From: Nitrospira sp. SB0662_bin_26
Lineage (GTDB): Bacteria; Nitrospirota; Nitrospiria; Nitrospirales; UBA8639
NCBI GenBank assembly: GCA_009840285.1
Contig: VXOF01000009.1
Span: forward strand, 3-64,002
DNA length: 64,000 nt
Reading direction: 5' to 3'
Below, piece by piece: positions 1 through 8,457 of this stretch; the first letter of the stretch is position 1; every line of letters begins with the position of its first letter. The position numbers and the translations under genes are program-made. Under the pieces are notes generated by a model that did no database searches, was not told the DNA's origin, and worked only from the letters and a program-made list of their open reading frames with translations.

Positions 1-951
1 TAGGGCGCTGGGGGGTTACGGGCCCCCGTCCCCCGCATCCCGGGGGGGGGGGGGCCCCCCTGGGGCACCCCGGGGGCGGGGCCTGGCGCTCCCAGGCCCC
101 GACGGTGAATGGGCCAAAAAGCGTTGTCCAAACGCGCAGTTGGCCCAGAGGCGCAGCCTCCGCCGGGCGCCGGCGCCCCCGGCCCCCGGCCATAACCGGA
201 CACGGGCCGGTCCCGCGACCGGCGACGAGCGGGAGCCGGTCGATGTACCGCCGCATTCACCGGTGAATGCACCCCTGACACGCGACAGGGGTCGTGTCAG
301 GGGTAAAGTAGGCGGTAGAATGAGCGAGACCCGGTCCCGGCCACGGGGCTCGAACCAGGAGGGGTCAGCGAACATGGCGAGTGATGCGGCCCCGTCAGGC
401 GCACACTCCTGCGACGTTGGCCCACCAGGACAACTCGGCGCGTGTCGCCCGACCCAGCCCACGCCTCTGCACGCCGCCGGCCCACACCCCGACCAGCCCG
501 CGGCGACCTATCTCGCCCGGCCATTCCTTTACGCAATATTTATCAAATCGGCTAGTCTCTTAGCACCATTCCTCTATTCGTTTACGTATCATTTTTGTCA
601 AATTCTTTCGCCCGTGTATTCTCTGGTGTTCCGCATCCCGACGGAACTTCGTATGGAGAAGGGATGACCATGACCGTCTCCGATCCGTGAACCCCGGCGA
701 ACGCCCGGCCCTTGACAGCCGCGTCTACCATGCAGTGTGATAACCTCGGCGGTCAGCAGCAAGCGACGAGGCCATGAGTGCATCCGGCGTGCCCTCGTGG
801 CAAGGCTGGCGGCGGCCGTGCTCGGTTTCGGAGCGCTCTTCAGCACCGTCCCATCACCAACCAGCAGTTTAAGGAAGGACGAGGAATGAATGTCGCTTGC
901 CCTATCAGACACACCATGCAGTGATCCTTATCAAAAAGGAGGATTGTCACC

Positions 952-1893
952 ATGAAAAACATCTTACTGATGCTGACGGTAATGGCCTTGATGTTCTCCA
1001 CAAACCCGGTGTTGGCCAAGGATGGGTTGTACATGGGGATGGATTTGGGCGTGGCTGTCGCTCCGGACATGGACGTGCAGACAGGGGGATTCGATGATTG
1101 GACCACGAACGCGGCACCGGAAGGTTTCCCAGGCGTCCTATGCGACCAGACCATCTTCGGTGACGTTCAGACTCCTCAGGGCGCCTGTGGAGAGGATCCG
1201 GCTGCATGGGGGCCTGCGAAGGAGTCGTTTGATGGGGGCTCGGGGATTCTGGCGGGATTGGCCGTGGGGTATCGTTTGGGCAGCTTCAGGGTCGAGGGTG
1301 AATATTTCTATCGCGGCACCCGGTATGGCAGCACGGACGAACCCTACTTTCCCGCCGACGACTGGCGTCCCAGTGATTCGCCGGAATACAACGACGGTGC
1401 TGAGGATGCCGTCGAGAACCTGATGTCGCACAACGTCTTTGCCAACTTGTACTACGATTATCACACGGACTCGAAGTTTACTCCGTATGCGGGCTTTGGC
1501 ATCGGATTCGCCCAGGTGTCAGTCCAATATCGAACGCGGTGGCATCGCAACCCAAACGGCGATGAGATCAACACCATCCAGCTACCACACGGCGATCCGG
1601 CGTTGAATCAACGATTAGCGGGTTTGTTGACGAATGGCGAGGCTACCATGTCGGATACCCTGTTCGGGTATCAGGCGTTGGCCGGCGTGGACTATCAGGT
1701 CAGCGAGCCCCTTACGATCGGGCTCAAGTTCCGGTACGCGATGTTCGGGGAATTCGAGGACGACTCGGCCTATACGCGGCTCCGATCACATGCGTCCGTA
1801 GCCGGAAATTCACTAAAGCCCGCCACCTACTACATCAGGACGGATGACATTCAATTCTGGGGCGTCAGCCTGAACATGAAGTATCAATTCTGA
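952..1893 (+). CDS. Outer-membrane beta-barrel protein (signal peptide, porin/OmpA-like barrel)
   Basis: AGGAGG RBS about 9 nt upstream of the ATG. Signal peptide MKNILLMLTVMALMFSTNPVLA. Alternating amphipathic strands. C-terminal ...LNMKYQF aromatic terminus typical of OMPs. Confidence 0.75.
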   Translation: MKNILLMLTVMALMFSTNPVLAKDGLYMGMDLGVAVAPDMDVQTGGFDDWTTNAAPEGFPGVLCDQTIFGDVQTPQGACGEDPAAWGPAKESFDGGSGILAGLAVGYRLGSFRVEGEYFYRGTRYGSTDEPYFPADDWRPSDSPEYNDGAEDAVENLMSHNVFANLYYDYHTDSKFTPYAGFGIGFAQVSVQYRTRWHRNPNGDEINTIQLPHGDPALNQRLAGLLTNGEATMSDTLFGYQALAGVDYQVSEPLTIGLKFRYAMFGEFEDDSAYTRLRSHASVAGNSLKPATYYIRTDDIQFWGVSLNMKYQF

Positions 1894-2003
1894 CCACAAC
1901 CTTTTCAATGGAGAGAAAGCAACTGCTAACAAGGAAAAATCGGTCGCGTCGTCGAAGGAGAGGACGGGATCCAGGACGCCAGCAAGTCTATAATTCCCCT
2001 TTT

Positions 2004-2777
2004 TTAGAGGGAATCTCTTGTGTGGGTGTGAGGCTCGTGAAGAAAGAGAAAACAATCGCGTAAGCGCTCGATGGCATCTGGCTGGAAGTGAGTGCCGGCC
2101 GGCGTGATTTTGCCGGTCTTGCGATGGTAGTGATACTCGGGCCATTCCCGGGCCTCGAAGAGCGTCTGGTAGTGCACGAGGTCGGGTTCGCGGTCGAACA
2201 GATAGTACACGCCGCTGTAGTGTCGCTTGATGAGCGCCCGCGCGTGGTTCATGAAGGACAGATAGATGCGCTTCTGTTCCTTCCGCCAGCGTTCATATTC
2301 CACGGCCACCCAATAGTGCTTCGGGGAGTGCAGGAGGGCGTCCGGCTTTTCAAACTGGTCGGGGATCTGAATGTGTTTGTCCCAGATCACTTCGTCGTAG
2401 TGCCCCAGCCGCTTGAGCACGGCCGCCTGCACGGCCAGGTCGTGCAGAAGGTGCGCGTAGCGGTTCAAGCGGGAGGATTGGGTGTGGGCGTGGGCCACGT
2501 CGCGGCCCGCGACCTGCAACAGGCCGACCCCGGCCTTGGTCAGCATGAGATACCGGGCCCGGTTGGTGTAGACGCTCTTGAATTGTTGGATGATCTGGTC
2601 ATCGAGGAGTGCGCGAAAGAATTTGTAGGAACTTTGGTGGGTCAGGCCGAGGCGTCGGGCGAGCAATTCGACCGAGGAGCATTGAAATTCCAGGAGCCAG
2701 TCGAGGACCAGGCGGAGCTTTTCTTCTCGGATGGCGCGGGGGTATTTGAGCGTGGGATCACGGCGTTCAATGCGCAT
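2004..2777 (-). CDS. Replication-relaxation-like wHTH protein (mobile-element associated)
   Basis: AAGGAGG RBS 7 nt before the internal ATG (MRIERRDP...). N-terminal winged-helix-like segment. HLLHDLAV and PDALL...VAVEYERW motifs recall the Replic_Relax family. Lies next to alpA. Confidence 0.5.
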   Translation of the reverse strand: MRIERRDPTLKYPRAIREEKLRLVLDWLLEFQCSSVELLARRLGLTHQSSYKFFRALLDDQIIQQFKSVYTNRARYLMLTKAGVGLLQVAGRDVAHAHTQSSRLNRYAHLLHDLAVQAAVLKRLGHYDEVIWDKHIQIPDQFEKPDALLHSPKHYWVAVEYERWRKEQKRIYLSFMNHARALIKRHYSGVYYLFDREPDLVHYQTLFEAREWPEYHYHRKTGKITPAGTHFQPDAIERLRDCFLFLHEPHTHTRDSL

Positions 2778-2846
2778 GGGCCAACCTCCTTTCCCGGTGG
2801 CGACGAGGCCGGCGGCCTGCGTACAGGCCGCCATGAAACGGGTACC

Positions 2847-3074
2847 TCATCCGGCCTCTTCGTCTGGCCATGCTGTCGTCGCGCCGGACGCGCGGGGGCG
2901 CGACTCGACGTAGGCGCGAATGTCACTGTCGCGCCAGCGCACGGCCCGCTCAGAAACTTTCAACGGCACCGGAAAGGTGCCGTCGCACATTTTTCGGTAC
3001 AGGGTGCTACGGCTGAGCCCCGTGCGGCGCTCAACCTCACGGCGGGTCAAAAGCACGTCTTGATCGGTCGACAT
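2847..3074 (-). CDS. alpA: AlpA-family phage/ICE transcriptional regulator (excisionase-like HTH)
   Basis: MSTDQDVLLTRREVERRTGLSRSTLYRKMCDGTFPVPLKVSERAVRWRDSDIRAYV matches the AlpA/Phage_AlpA pattern. AAGGAGG lies 8 nt upstream of this ATG. Confidence 0.75.
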   Translation of the reverse strand: MSTDQDVLLTRREVERRTGLSRSTLYRKMCDGTFPVPLKVSERAVRWRDSDIRAYVESRPRASGATTAWPDEEAG

Positions 3075-3152
3075 GGGCGTCACCTCCTTTGTGGTGCGCG
3101 GAGGATGCCAAAATATGCGGGGTGTGTCGTCCTTTTTATTTCGCCGTTTTAA

Positions 3153-3410
3153 TCAGGACAAATCCCTGTTGTTCCAGGAAGGTGCCAGAGTTTCCGGGGG
3201 ATGCCGTTCTGTTGATTTCACAAGTCTGCTCAGGACATAATGTTTCTCCTCCGAAGAGAAATCCAGGTCTGGCAGAAATAGCATGACATGAGCCCCGTCG
3301 CACGGAGTCTCATTCTGCGGGGGCCGCGCCGACGGATGTGGGAACAAACTTGGGAACGCCCATGACATGATCGGCGAAACGCTCCTGTTTATAGGGGTTT
3401 CGCGCATCAT
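3153..3410 (-). CDS. Hypothetical protein (weak)
   Basis: Open frame only, with no recognisable motif. Same strand as its neighbours. Confidence 0.2.
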   Translation of the reverse strand: MMRETPINRSVSPIMSWAFPSLFPHPSARPPQNETPCDGAHVMLFLPDLDFSSEEKHYVLSRLVKSTERHPPETLAPSWNNRDLS

Positions 3411-3627
3411 TGAAAGAACACCCTCTCCGCCATTTTCATAGTCTCGACGATCCTCTGCTTTGAATTTCAGATCCTCACCGCGACCCGTTCCGGCGAGATC
3501 GGTGATGCAACAGTGGTCCGACTACGTCACAGGTGCCCCAAGTGCCGAGGTGATCCCGTTGCACGGATGATTCTGAACTACCCGTATTCCTTCCCGCCCC
3601 CCCGACTCTCGCCAAACCACTCACGGC

Positions 3628-3867
3628 TTAGCCCATCCTTTCACAAATCAGCAACCGTTCATCGGCTTTCTTCGGCCCAAAAGCCACCCATCTCCCCTCT
3701 TTGACCGAATAACAGAACGAGCAGGTTCGATCCTCAAAGGGAGAGAGCCCCATCAACCAATCAGAGGAAAATCCGGATTGATATTCCTGAGGCAAAAAGG
3801 CGGCAAAGGATGAAACCACTCCCGCTTGGCGTGCCGGGGGTTTGCCTTCCGGGAGTTGTTCGGTCAT
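3628..3867 (-). CDS. Hypothetical 79-aa protein, translationally coupled to the upstream CdhB-like gene
   Basis: ATGA start/stop overlap with the 3864..4517 gene. No family recognised. Confidence 0.4.
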   Translation of the reverse strand: MTEQLPEGKPPARQAGVVSSFAAFLPQEYQSGFSSDWLMGLSPFEDRTCSFCYSVKEGRWVAFGPKKADERLLICERMG

Positions 3868-4517
3868 CCGACCCCACCTCCCGTTTCTGCGCCCCCCGCT
3901 CGATGCAGGCCCCGCACCGTCTCGGCCAGCCGGTAAATGGTGTGCGCCGTAATATCCCGGAACGACAACATGGCATCTTCATGGCCGGCCTGAGCACAGA
4001 GGGCCATCGTATAGCAAGAGGTCCCCCCTCGGACGATTTTCAGTGTGAGATTGGCTTGGTGACAATGAACTCCGACAAATAACCCGACATCGATCCGATT
4101 ATGCCAGATGGTTAAGTTGGGATGATTGGGGTTAATCTCCACCTCCGGATTAATCTTGGGGTATTTGGGCCGGTAATCAGGCATAGGGATCAACATCGCC
4201 CGTTGGTGGGGCATCACGCAGGACTTAATCGTCTCATAGAGATGGCGTACCGCCCTGGCTTTTTGAGCGGCAGCCTCATTCCATGCCCAGAGCACCAAGG
4301 GGCCAGGAAAGATCGTCGGCACCTTGGCCAGCAGGAACTGTCGCGCCGCCTCTTCAAAGGCCGTCTCCTGGGATATCAGATGCCCATAAAGAACGGCCTG
4401 CCCGGGGTCCGGAAGCCGTACTCCCATATTCGCGGCAGCCGGAGGAAGGAAATGCTCGGGGCCTGGACGCACTTCATAGGATGCTTTCATTAATCCACTC
4501 CGCTCCTGGTCATCCAT
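3864..4517 (-). CDS. CdhB-like protein (CO dehydrogenase/acetyl-CoA synthase epsilon-subunit fold; also the epsilon-like subunit of 5-subunit 2-oxoacid:ferredoxin oxidoreductases)
   Basis: PTIFPGPLVLWAW and ...HEDAMLSFRDI resemble the CdhB motifs PLFVVG and ...NATMSFGNL (recalled). The start chosen is MDDQE, because it overlaps the stop of the upstream small ORF (ATGGATGA). Confidence 0.45.
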   Translation of the reverse strand: MDDQERSGLMKASYEVRPGPEHFLPPAAANMGVRLPDPGQAVLYGHLISQETAFEEAARQFLLAKVPTIFPGPLVLWAWNEAAAQKARAVRHLYETIKSCVMPHQRAMLIPMPDYRPKYPKINPEVEINPNHPNLTIWHNRIDVGLFVGVHCHQANLTLKIVRGGTSCYTMALCAQAGHEDAMLSFRDITAHTIYRLAETVRGLHRAGGAETGGGVG

Positions 4518-4665
4518 ACGATTGACATGGCTCGGTGATGCCATCAATCACGTCTCTCACCTGGGCCACACCACAACGCTCCGACACGACAACTTCAATA
4601 TGATACTCCAGTTGACGGCGGATTATTCTTTCCAGCCCCGCAGGTCGCAAGACTTCTTCAATCAA
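4510..4665 (-). CDS. Small 51-aa ORF (TTG start) between parA and the CdhB-like gene
   Basis: GGAGGAA RBS about 9 nt upstream of the TTG. Its stop overlaps the start of the next gene. Absent from the supplied ORF track, probably because it is short. Function unknown. Confidence 0.3.
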   Translation of the reverse strand: MIEEVLRPAGLERIIRRQLEYHIEVVVSERCGVAQVRDVIDGITEPCQSYG

Positions 4666-4786
4666 ATGTCGATTCCTCCATTTGAATAGTCAGATTTTAC
4701 AATGCACAGTCATCCTCTATGCATGACGTATCCGATCAAATCACACCAATCGCATCGCCCTTGCTCCCCTTATTCGAAAGATTTCC

Positions 4787-5386
4787 TCATGCTCCATTCC
4801 TGCCCGCCAAGGCTCGAAGTTCATCACCCGCATCTCTCGGAAGCTGGCCGCCGGCCATGAGCGTTCCCCAAACGGCATCCCAGAGAATTTGACGGGGCCA
4901 GACAAAACACGGCCAATCCTTCACCTGATCCACCATGGCCTCAGTCGGCGGCTGCACAACTTGATTCCACACGACACAGGCCCCACCGGCCCGCTCTTCC
5001 GTTTGCAGACGGGCATGCAAGGCAAACAGATGTTCAAGAGCCCAGATATCCGGCCATGAAGGACGCACCGGCACGACGATTTCCCCGGCCGCCCGGATGA
5101 TGCTGGCTGTCATCTCGGACACGGTCGGCGGGCCGTCTACAATCATCCAATCGAATGTTCGTCCGAATCTGCCAGCCTGGTCATGAATGACCGGCAGAAT
5201 CTGGGACCGAACCACCACACGCCATCGCTCACCCCATCGTGTGCCCCATTCGCTCGCCGTCCCTTGCAGGTCGGCATCCATCAGGAGCACCCGCGCACCG
5301 GTTTCTGCCAGGGCCATGGCTGTCCCGATGGCCAATGTGGTTTTCCCGGTTCCGCCTTTTTGATGGATGAATCCGATGGTCCGCAT
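4787..5386 (-). CDS. parA: ParA-family partition ATPase
   Basis: Deviant Walker A HQKGGTGKTTLA, followed by LLMDADLQGTASEW. Size is typical of plasmid/ICE ParA. Confidence 0.85.
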   Translation of the reverse strand: MRTIGFIHQKGGTGKTTLAIGTAMALAETGARVLLMDADLQGTASEWGTRWGERWRVVVRSQILPVIHDQAGRFGRTFDWMIVDGPPTVSEMTASIIRAAGEIVVPVRPSWPDIWALEHLFALHARLQTEERAGGACVVWNQVVQPPTEAMVDQVKDWPCFVWPRQILWDAVWGTLMAGGQLPRDAGDELRALAGRNGA

Positions 5387-5474
5387 TGCCCACCTTATTC
5401 GTCTTTCCCCGTACCCAACTCGTCTTCCGTGGCCAGTGCCACGTCCAAGTCTGCTTCAATCCGCTTAAGGTTGG

Positions 5475-5945
5475 TTAGAGTTGGGTGGGATTGGGCGCGT
5501 CACCATAGACCTCCTGGGGGTCGAAAGCCTTCTCCATCTCCGTGAATTCCAGCGGCTGGCCGGCCTGGTCGCCAAAGGGCACGGCTCGGTAGAAACAGGA
5601 GCGATACCCTACATGACAACTGGCCCCGCCCTGGACGTCCACGCGCAGCCAGATGCAATCCTGGTCGTCATCGATTCGTATCTCGCGGACGCGCTGCACC
5701 AGGCCACTCGTTGCGCCCTTGTGCCAGAGACACCGTCGACTCCGGCTCCAGTACACGGCTTCGCCCAAGGTGATCGTTTGCGTGAGCGCCTCGGCGTTCA
5801 TGTAAGCATGCATGAGCACTTCACCGGACGAGAAGTCCGTGGTGATGACGGGGATAAGCCCGTGCTCATTGAACTTGGGAGCCAGATCGACGCCTTCCTC
5901 GACCTGCTCGATGCTCTGTCTTTTCGGACAGGGTGAAACACTCAT
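5475..5945 (-). CDS. hisI: Phosphoribosyl-AMP cyclohydrolase (stand-alone HisI)
   Basis: GLIPVITTD...[12 protein letters not shown]...[15 protein letters not shown]...DCD...L.V...[14 protein letters not shown] is the classical HisI signature, with its Cys ligands retained. Confidence 0.9.
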   Translation of the reverse strand: MSVSPCPKRQSIEQVEEGVDLAPKFNEHGLIPVITTDFSSGEVLMHAYMNAEALTQTITLGEAVYWSRSRRCLWHKGATSGLVQRVREIRIDDDQDCIWLRVDVQGGASCHVGYRSCFYRAVPFGDQAGQPLEFTEMEKAFDPQEVYGDAPNPTQL

Positions 5946-5966
5946 TTGCTTGTTCTCCTGGTTGTG

Positions 5967-6113
5967 TCAGTTCGCGAACCTCGCGTCTCGACAGCGATGT
6001 TTTGATGTATCTTGGAACTCACCCGCACGCAGCACGAAGGTGTTGTCATCGAAGAAAAACATCCCGACGACCTCGGCGCCGTGATAGCCGCCTTCGAGTT
6101 GGGGCAAGATCAT
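5967..6113 (-). CDS. 48-aa ORF coupled to hemB (possible DsrE/TusD-like gene fragment)
   Basis: ATGA overlap with the hemB stop. The ORF ends 21 nt before hisI. GAEVVGMFFFDDNTFVL resembles the internal DsrE-family motif. Too short to be a full domain. Confidence 0.3.
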   Translation of the reverse strand: MILPQLEGGYHGAEVVGMFFFDDNTFVLRAGEFQDTSKHRCRDARFAN

Positions 6114-7132
6114 TGTTGCCGGTTGACAGGTGGAACAGAAGCCAGCAGCCTCGTAGCATCGAGCGCACCGTAGGTCACGATCAGATCGGCGCCGGCTCGG
6201 CGCAGAGAGCCGAGCGATTCCAGCAAGACCTCTTCGTATCCGAATGCGCCGGCGGTCGATGCCGCCTTGAGCATGGCGTATTCGCCGCTTACTTGGTACG
6301 CCGCGACCGGAAGCGCCGTATGGGCTCGCACCAGATGCAGGATGTCCAGGTACGGCAAGCCAGGTTTCACCATCAGCCAATCAGCGCCTTCTTCTTCATC
6401 CAGCCGGATTTCCCGCAACGCTTCCCTGTGATTCCCCGGATCCATCTGATAGGTCCGCTTATCGCCGACACGCGGCGCACTCTCCAAGGCGTCACGAAAC
6501 GGTCCATAAAATGCCGAAGCATACTTCACGGCATAGCTGCAGATGCCGACGTGTGGATAGCCGGCCTCATCCAAGGCCCGACGGATCACACCGATCCGTC
6601 CATCCATCATGTCCGACGGAGCTACAAGGTCCGCTCCAGCCTGTGCCTGCACGAGGGCCATCTCTGCCAACAATGGCAGTGTCGCATCGTTGTCGATCTT
6701 TCCATTGATCACCACGCCGTCATGTCCATCCGACGAATAGGGATCGAGTGCCACGTCGCTGAGGACCAGAAGGTCCGGCGCAGCGGCTTTCACTGCGCGA
6801 ATCGCCCTGGCCATCAGTCCCTCCCGGTTGCGACTCTCCCGGCCTCGGGGATCCTTGAGACGATCCGGCACAACCGGAAATAGCGCAATCCCGGCCAGTC
6901 CCGCGCAAGCGGCTTCCGCAGCCTGCTCGACGGCCCGGTCGATCGAGACCCGCGCGCAGCCCGGCATGGAGGCAATCGGGGTCACCAGATCGACCCCCTC
7001 CTGCACAAACAGGGGCCATATCAGATGCTGCGGCGCGAGCCCGCCGATCGATCGTCTCGCTCGAAATGCCGCTCGTGCGCGATGGAGCGGAGGCGATTCG
7101 TCGAGCGAAGTCGGAATCGAACGGAGGCTCAT
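6110..7132 (-). CDS. hemB: Porphobilinogen synthase, Asp-rich (Zn-independent/Mg-type) active-site variant
   Basis: Full-length ALAD similarity. The metal-site motif reads DVALDPYSSDGHDG (DxALDxYxxxGHDG), not the Cys-rich DxCxCxYxxxGHCG. AAGGAG RBS 8 nt upstream of ATG 7132. Confidence 0.92.
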   Translation of the reverse strand: MSLRSIPTSLDESPPLHRARAAFRARRSIGGLAPQHLIWPLFVQEGVDLVTPIASMPGCARVSIDRAVEQAAEAACAGLAGIALFPVVPDRLKDPRGRESRNREGLMARAIRAVKAAAPDLLVLSDVALDPYSSDGHDGVVINGKIDNDATLPLLAEMALVQAQAGADLVAPSDMMDGRIGVIRRALDEAGYPHVGICSYAVKYASAFYGPFRDALESAPRVGDKRTYQMDPGNHREALREIRLDEEEGADWLMVKPGLPYLDILHLVRAHTALPVAAYQVSGEYAMLKAASTAGAFGYEEVLLESLGSLRRAGADLIVTYGALDATRLLASVPPVNRQQ

Positions 7133-7157
7133 TCCCAAAGCTCCTTCACGAGCAGCA

Positions 7158-7331
7158 TCAAACAGTCAGCCGCACCGGCAATGAACATCCAAAACTACTA
7201 AATGAAATGTGTGTTTTCTGGAGACGAGTGTATGACGAACCGGTTTGGTTGAAAAGCACGTGATTCAGCAGGGTCGTCTTGCCCGCCCACAGGAACCCGG
7301 ACAGGACGGTGACGGGGAGCCTCCGTATCAT
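7158..7331 (-). pseudogene. Decayed N-terminal fragment of a COG0523 GTPase
   Basis: [31 protein letters not shown] matches the N-terminus of the intact paralogue ([24 protein letters not shown]). The Walker A Gly is replaced by Trp. Homology stops where the 60-bp repeat begins. ATGA overlap with the upstream gene. Confidence 0.6.
7179..7238. repeat. 60-bp AT-rich repeat, copy A (about 46 nt upstream of the hemB start)
   Basis: caatgaacatccaaaactactaaatgaaatgtgtgttttctggagacgagtgtatgacga. About 55/60 identical to 13901..13960, in the same orientation. Confidence 0.85.
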
Positions 7332-7558
7332 TTTCGACCTTCAGTCATTTCGTCGGCCGCACGACGGAACCAAGCGATCGTTCGCTCAAGATGATCGACT
7401 CCATAGAGCCTCGCAAATTCTCTGGTCTTTGCCTGCTTGTCATCTTGCAATTCAGCCAAGCGTTCTCGGATAAACGCCGGCGTCAACCGGATTTTGCAAC
7501 GGACCTCGATGCAGTTTCGCCATTGCTTGTACGAACTAGGAATGACGTCATCGCTCAT
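7328..7558 (-). CDS. Hypothetical 76-aa protein
   Basis: ATGA overlaps with both neighbours (7555..8253 and the COG0523 fragment). No family recognised. Confidence 0.5.
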   Translation of the reverse strand: MSDDVIPSSYKQWRNCIEVRCKIRLTPAFIRERLAELQDDKQAKTREFARLYGVDHLERTIAWFRRAADEMTEGRK

Positions 7559-8253
7559 GGTTGACTCGCTCCTAGGAACGCATTGAAATTGGATGCCACT
7601 CGAAACGACAACTCGCGCCAGGCCGAGGCAAAATTCTCGGCTGGCACGACTGGTCGCGTGCCGTTGTCCCACTCAAGCAGGGTTGATCGTCGGTACTCGA
7701 TCCCCAATTGCTCGACGATGTTTACCTCGTAACGCCACATCCAATCGATCAAATCCAAGGTCAACGTTGCGCACGCATTTCGCTGGGATTCAGTCGGCGC
7801 GTTCAACTTCGGGAGATCGGTATCGGACCAGGGTGGACAATCCAGCGTCGCATGTGTTGTATAGCGAGGTCGAAACTCGGAGCGAGGCAGGAAGACGCCA
7901 CCCCACTGACCATCTCCGTAGAACACACCAAACCCACGCAGCACAACACATCGTCTCCGCGGCATCGCCAAGGCATACACGCTCGCACATTCTTTGCGAT
8001 CGGTGGGCGGCTCAATGCGGTCAAAGCCGATCTCGAGCAGCCAGTTGCCTTCCGGTCGCACAATGTCGCGACCCCAGCACCACACCTGTTGGCTGAGCAA
8101 ACTCACCGCTTGTTCAAGGAGTTCACCTTCAGCATGTTCGTGATCATTCACTTGAAGTGCTACCAACATCTCAGTCAGCCTCGGGAGTCGCAATCGATGC
8201 GATGTTTGCCAACAGCCATGCGGAGGCAGCAAACAACTGCAACCAATCCCCAC
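7555..8253 (-). CDS. Hypothetical protein (start uncertain; alternative Met at 8169)
   Basis: Long open frame on the operon strand, coupled to the downstream gene. No motif recognised. Confidence 0.5.
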   Translation of the reverse strand: MGIGCSCLLPPHGCWQTSHRLRLPRLTEMLVALQVNDHEHAEGELLEQAVSLLSQQVWCWGRDIVRPEGNWLLEIGFDRIEPPTDRKECASVYALAMPRRRCVVLRGFGVFYGDGQWGGVFLPRSEFRPRYTTHATLDCPPWSDTDLPKLNAPTESQRNACATLTLDLIDWMWRYEVNIVEQLGIEYRRSTLLEWDNGTRPVVPAENFASAWRELSFRVASNFNAFLGASQP

Positions 8254-8457
8254 TGGAGCTGATCCCGGAAGTCAGCATGCTGGCAATCCAGCAAACGCTG
8301 GCAGCCGTTTGTCCAAGCCATTCGACGCGCAGCGCCCGTGCTAGTCGGCTTCGCCCCGCGCCAGACGCGATCCCCCTCCTCGCGGCCTCGCTCGTCGCGT
8401 TCGGTCCGCTCGAAGGCGCGGCGAGCGCCCACCGGGCGACCCCTTCGTCGTTCCCCG

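Noticed and set aside
335-375. tRNA-like GGTTCGAGCC (minus strand), hinting at a tRNA or tmRNA att site
   Set aside because: The flanking bases do not form a T-stem, and no acceptor or anticodon arms could be drawn.
16-667. ORFs 16..462(-), 140..667(+), 297..536(-) and 381..563(+) in the GC-rich leading block
   Set aside because: The translations are low-complexity Arg/Pro/Gly/Ala. The frames overlap one another with no RBS or motif. This is typical of random open frames in very GC-rich DNA.
2088-3152. 354-aa plus-strand ORF
   Set aside because: It is antisense shadow of the replication-relaxation-like and alpA genes. The composition is low-complexity and it has no motif.
5933-6883. 316-aa plus-strand ORF, plus other long antisense ORFs (23905..24885, 31003..32421, 33984..35480, 35279..36394, 60929..61834, 61888..63234, 10787..11500)
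   Set aside because: Each lies exactly opposite a confidently identified gene (hemB, dnaX, tolC, the RND pump, MFP, tldD, pmbA, COG0523). Each has Arg/His/Gly-rich shadow composition.
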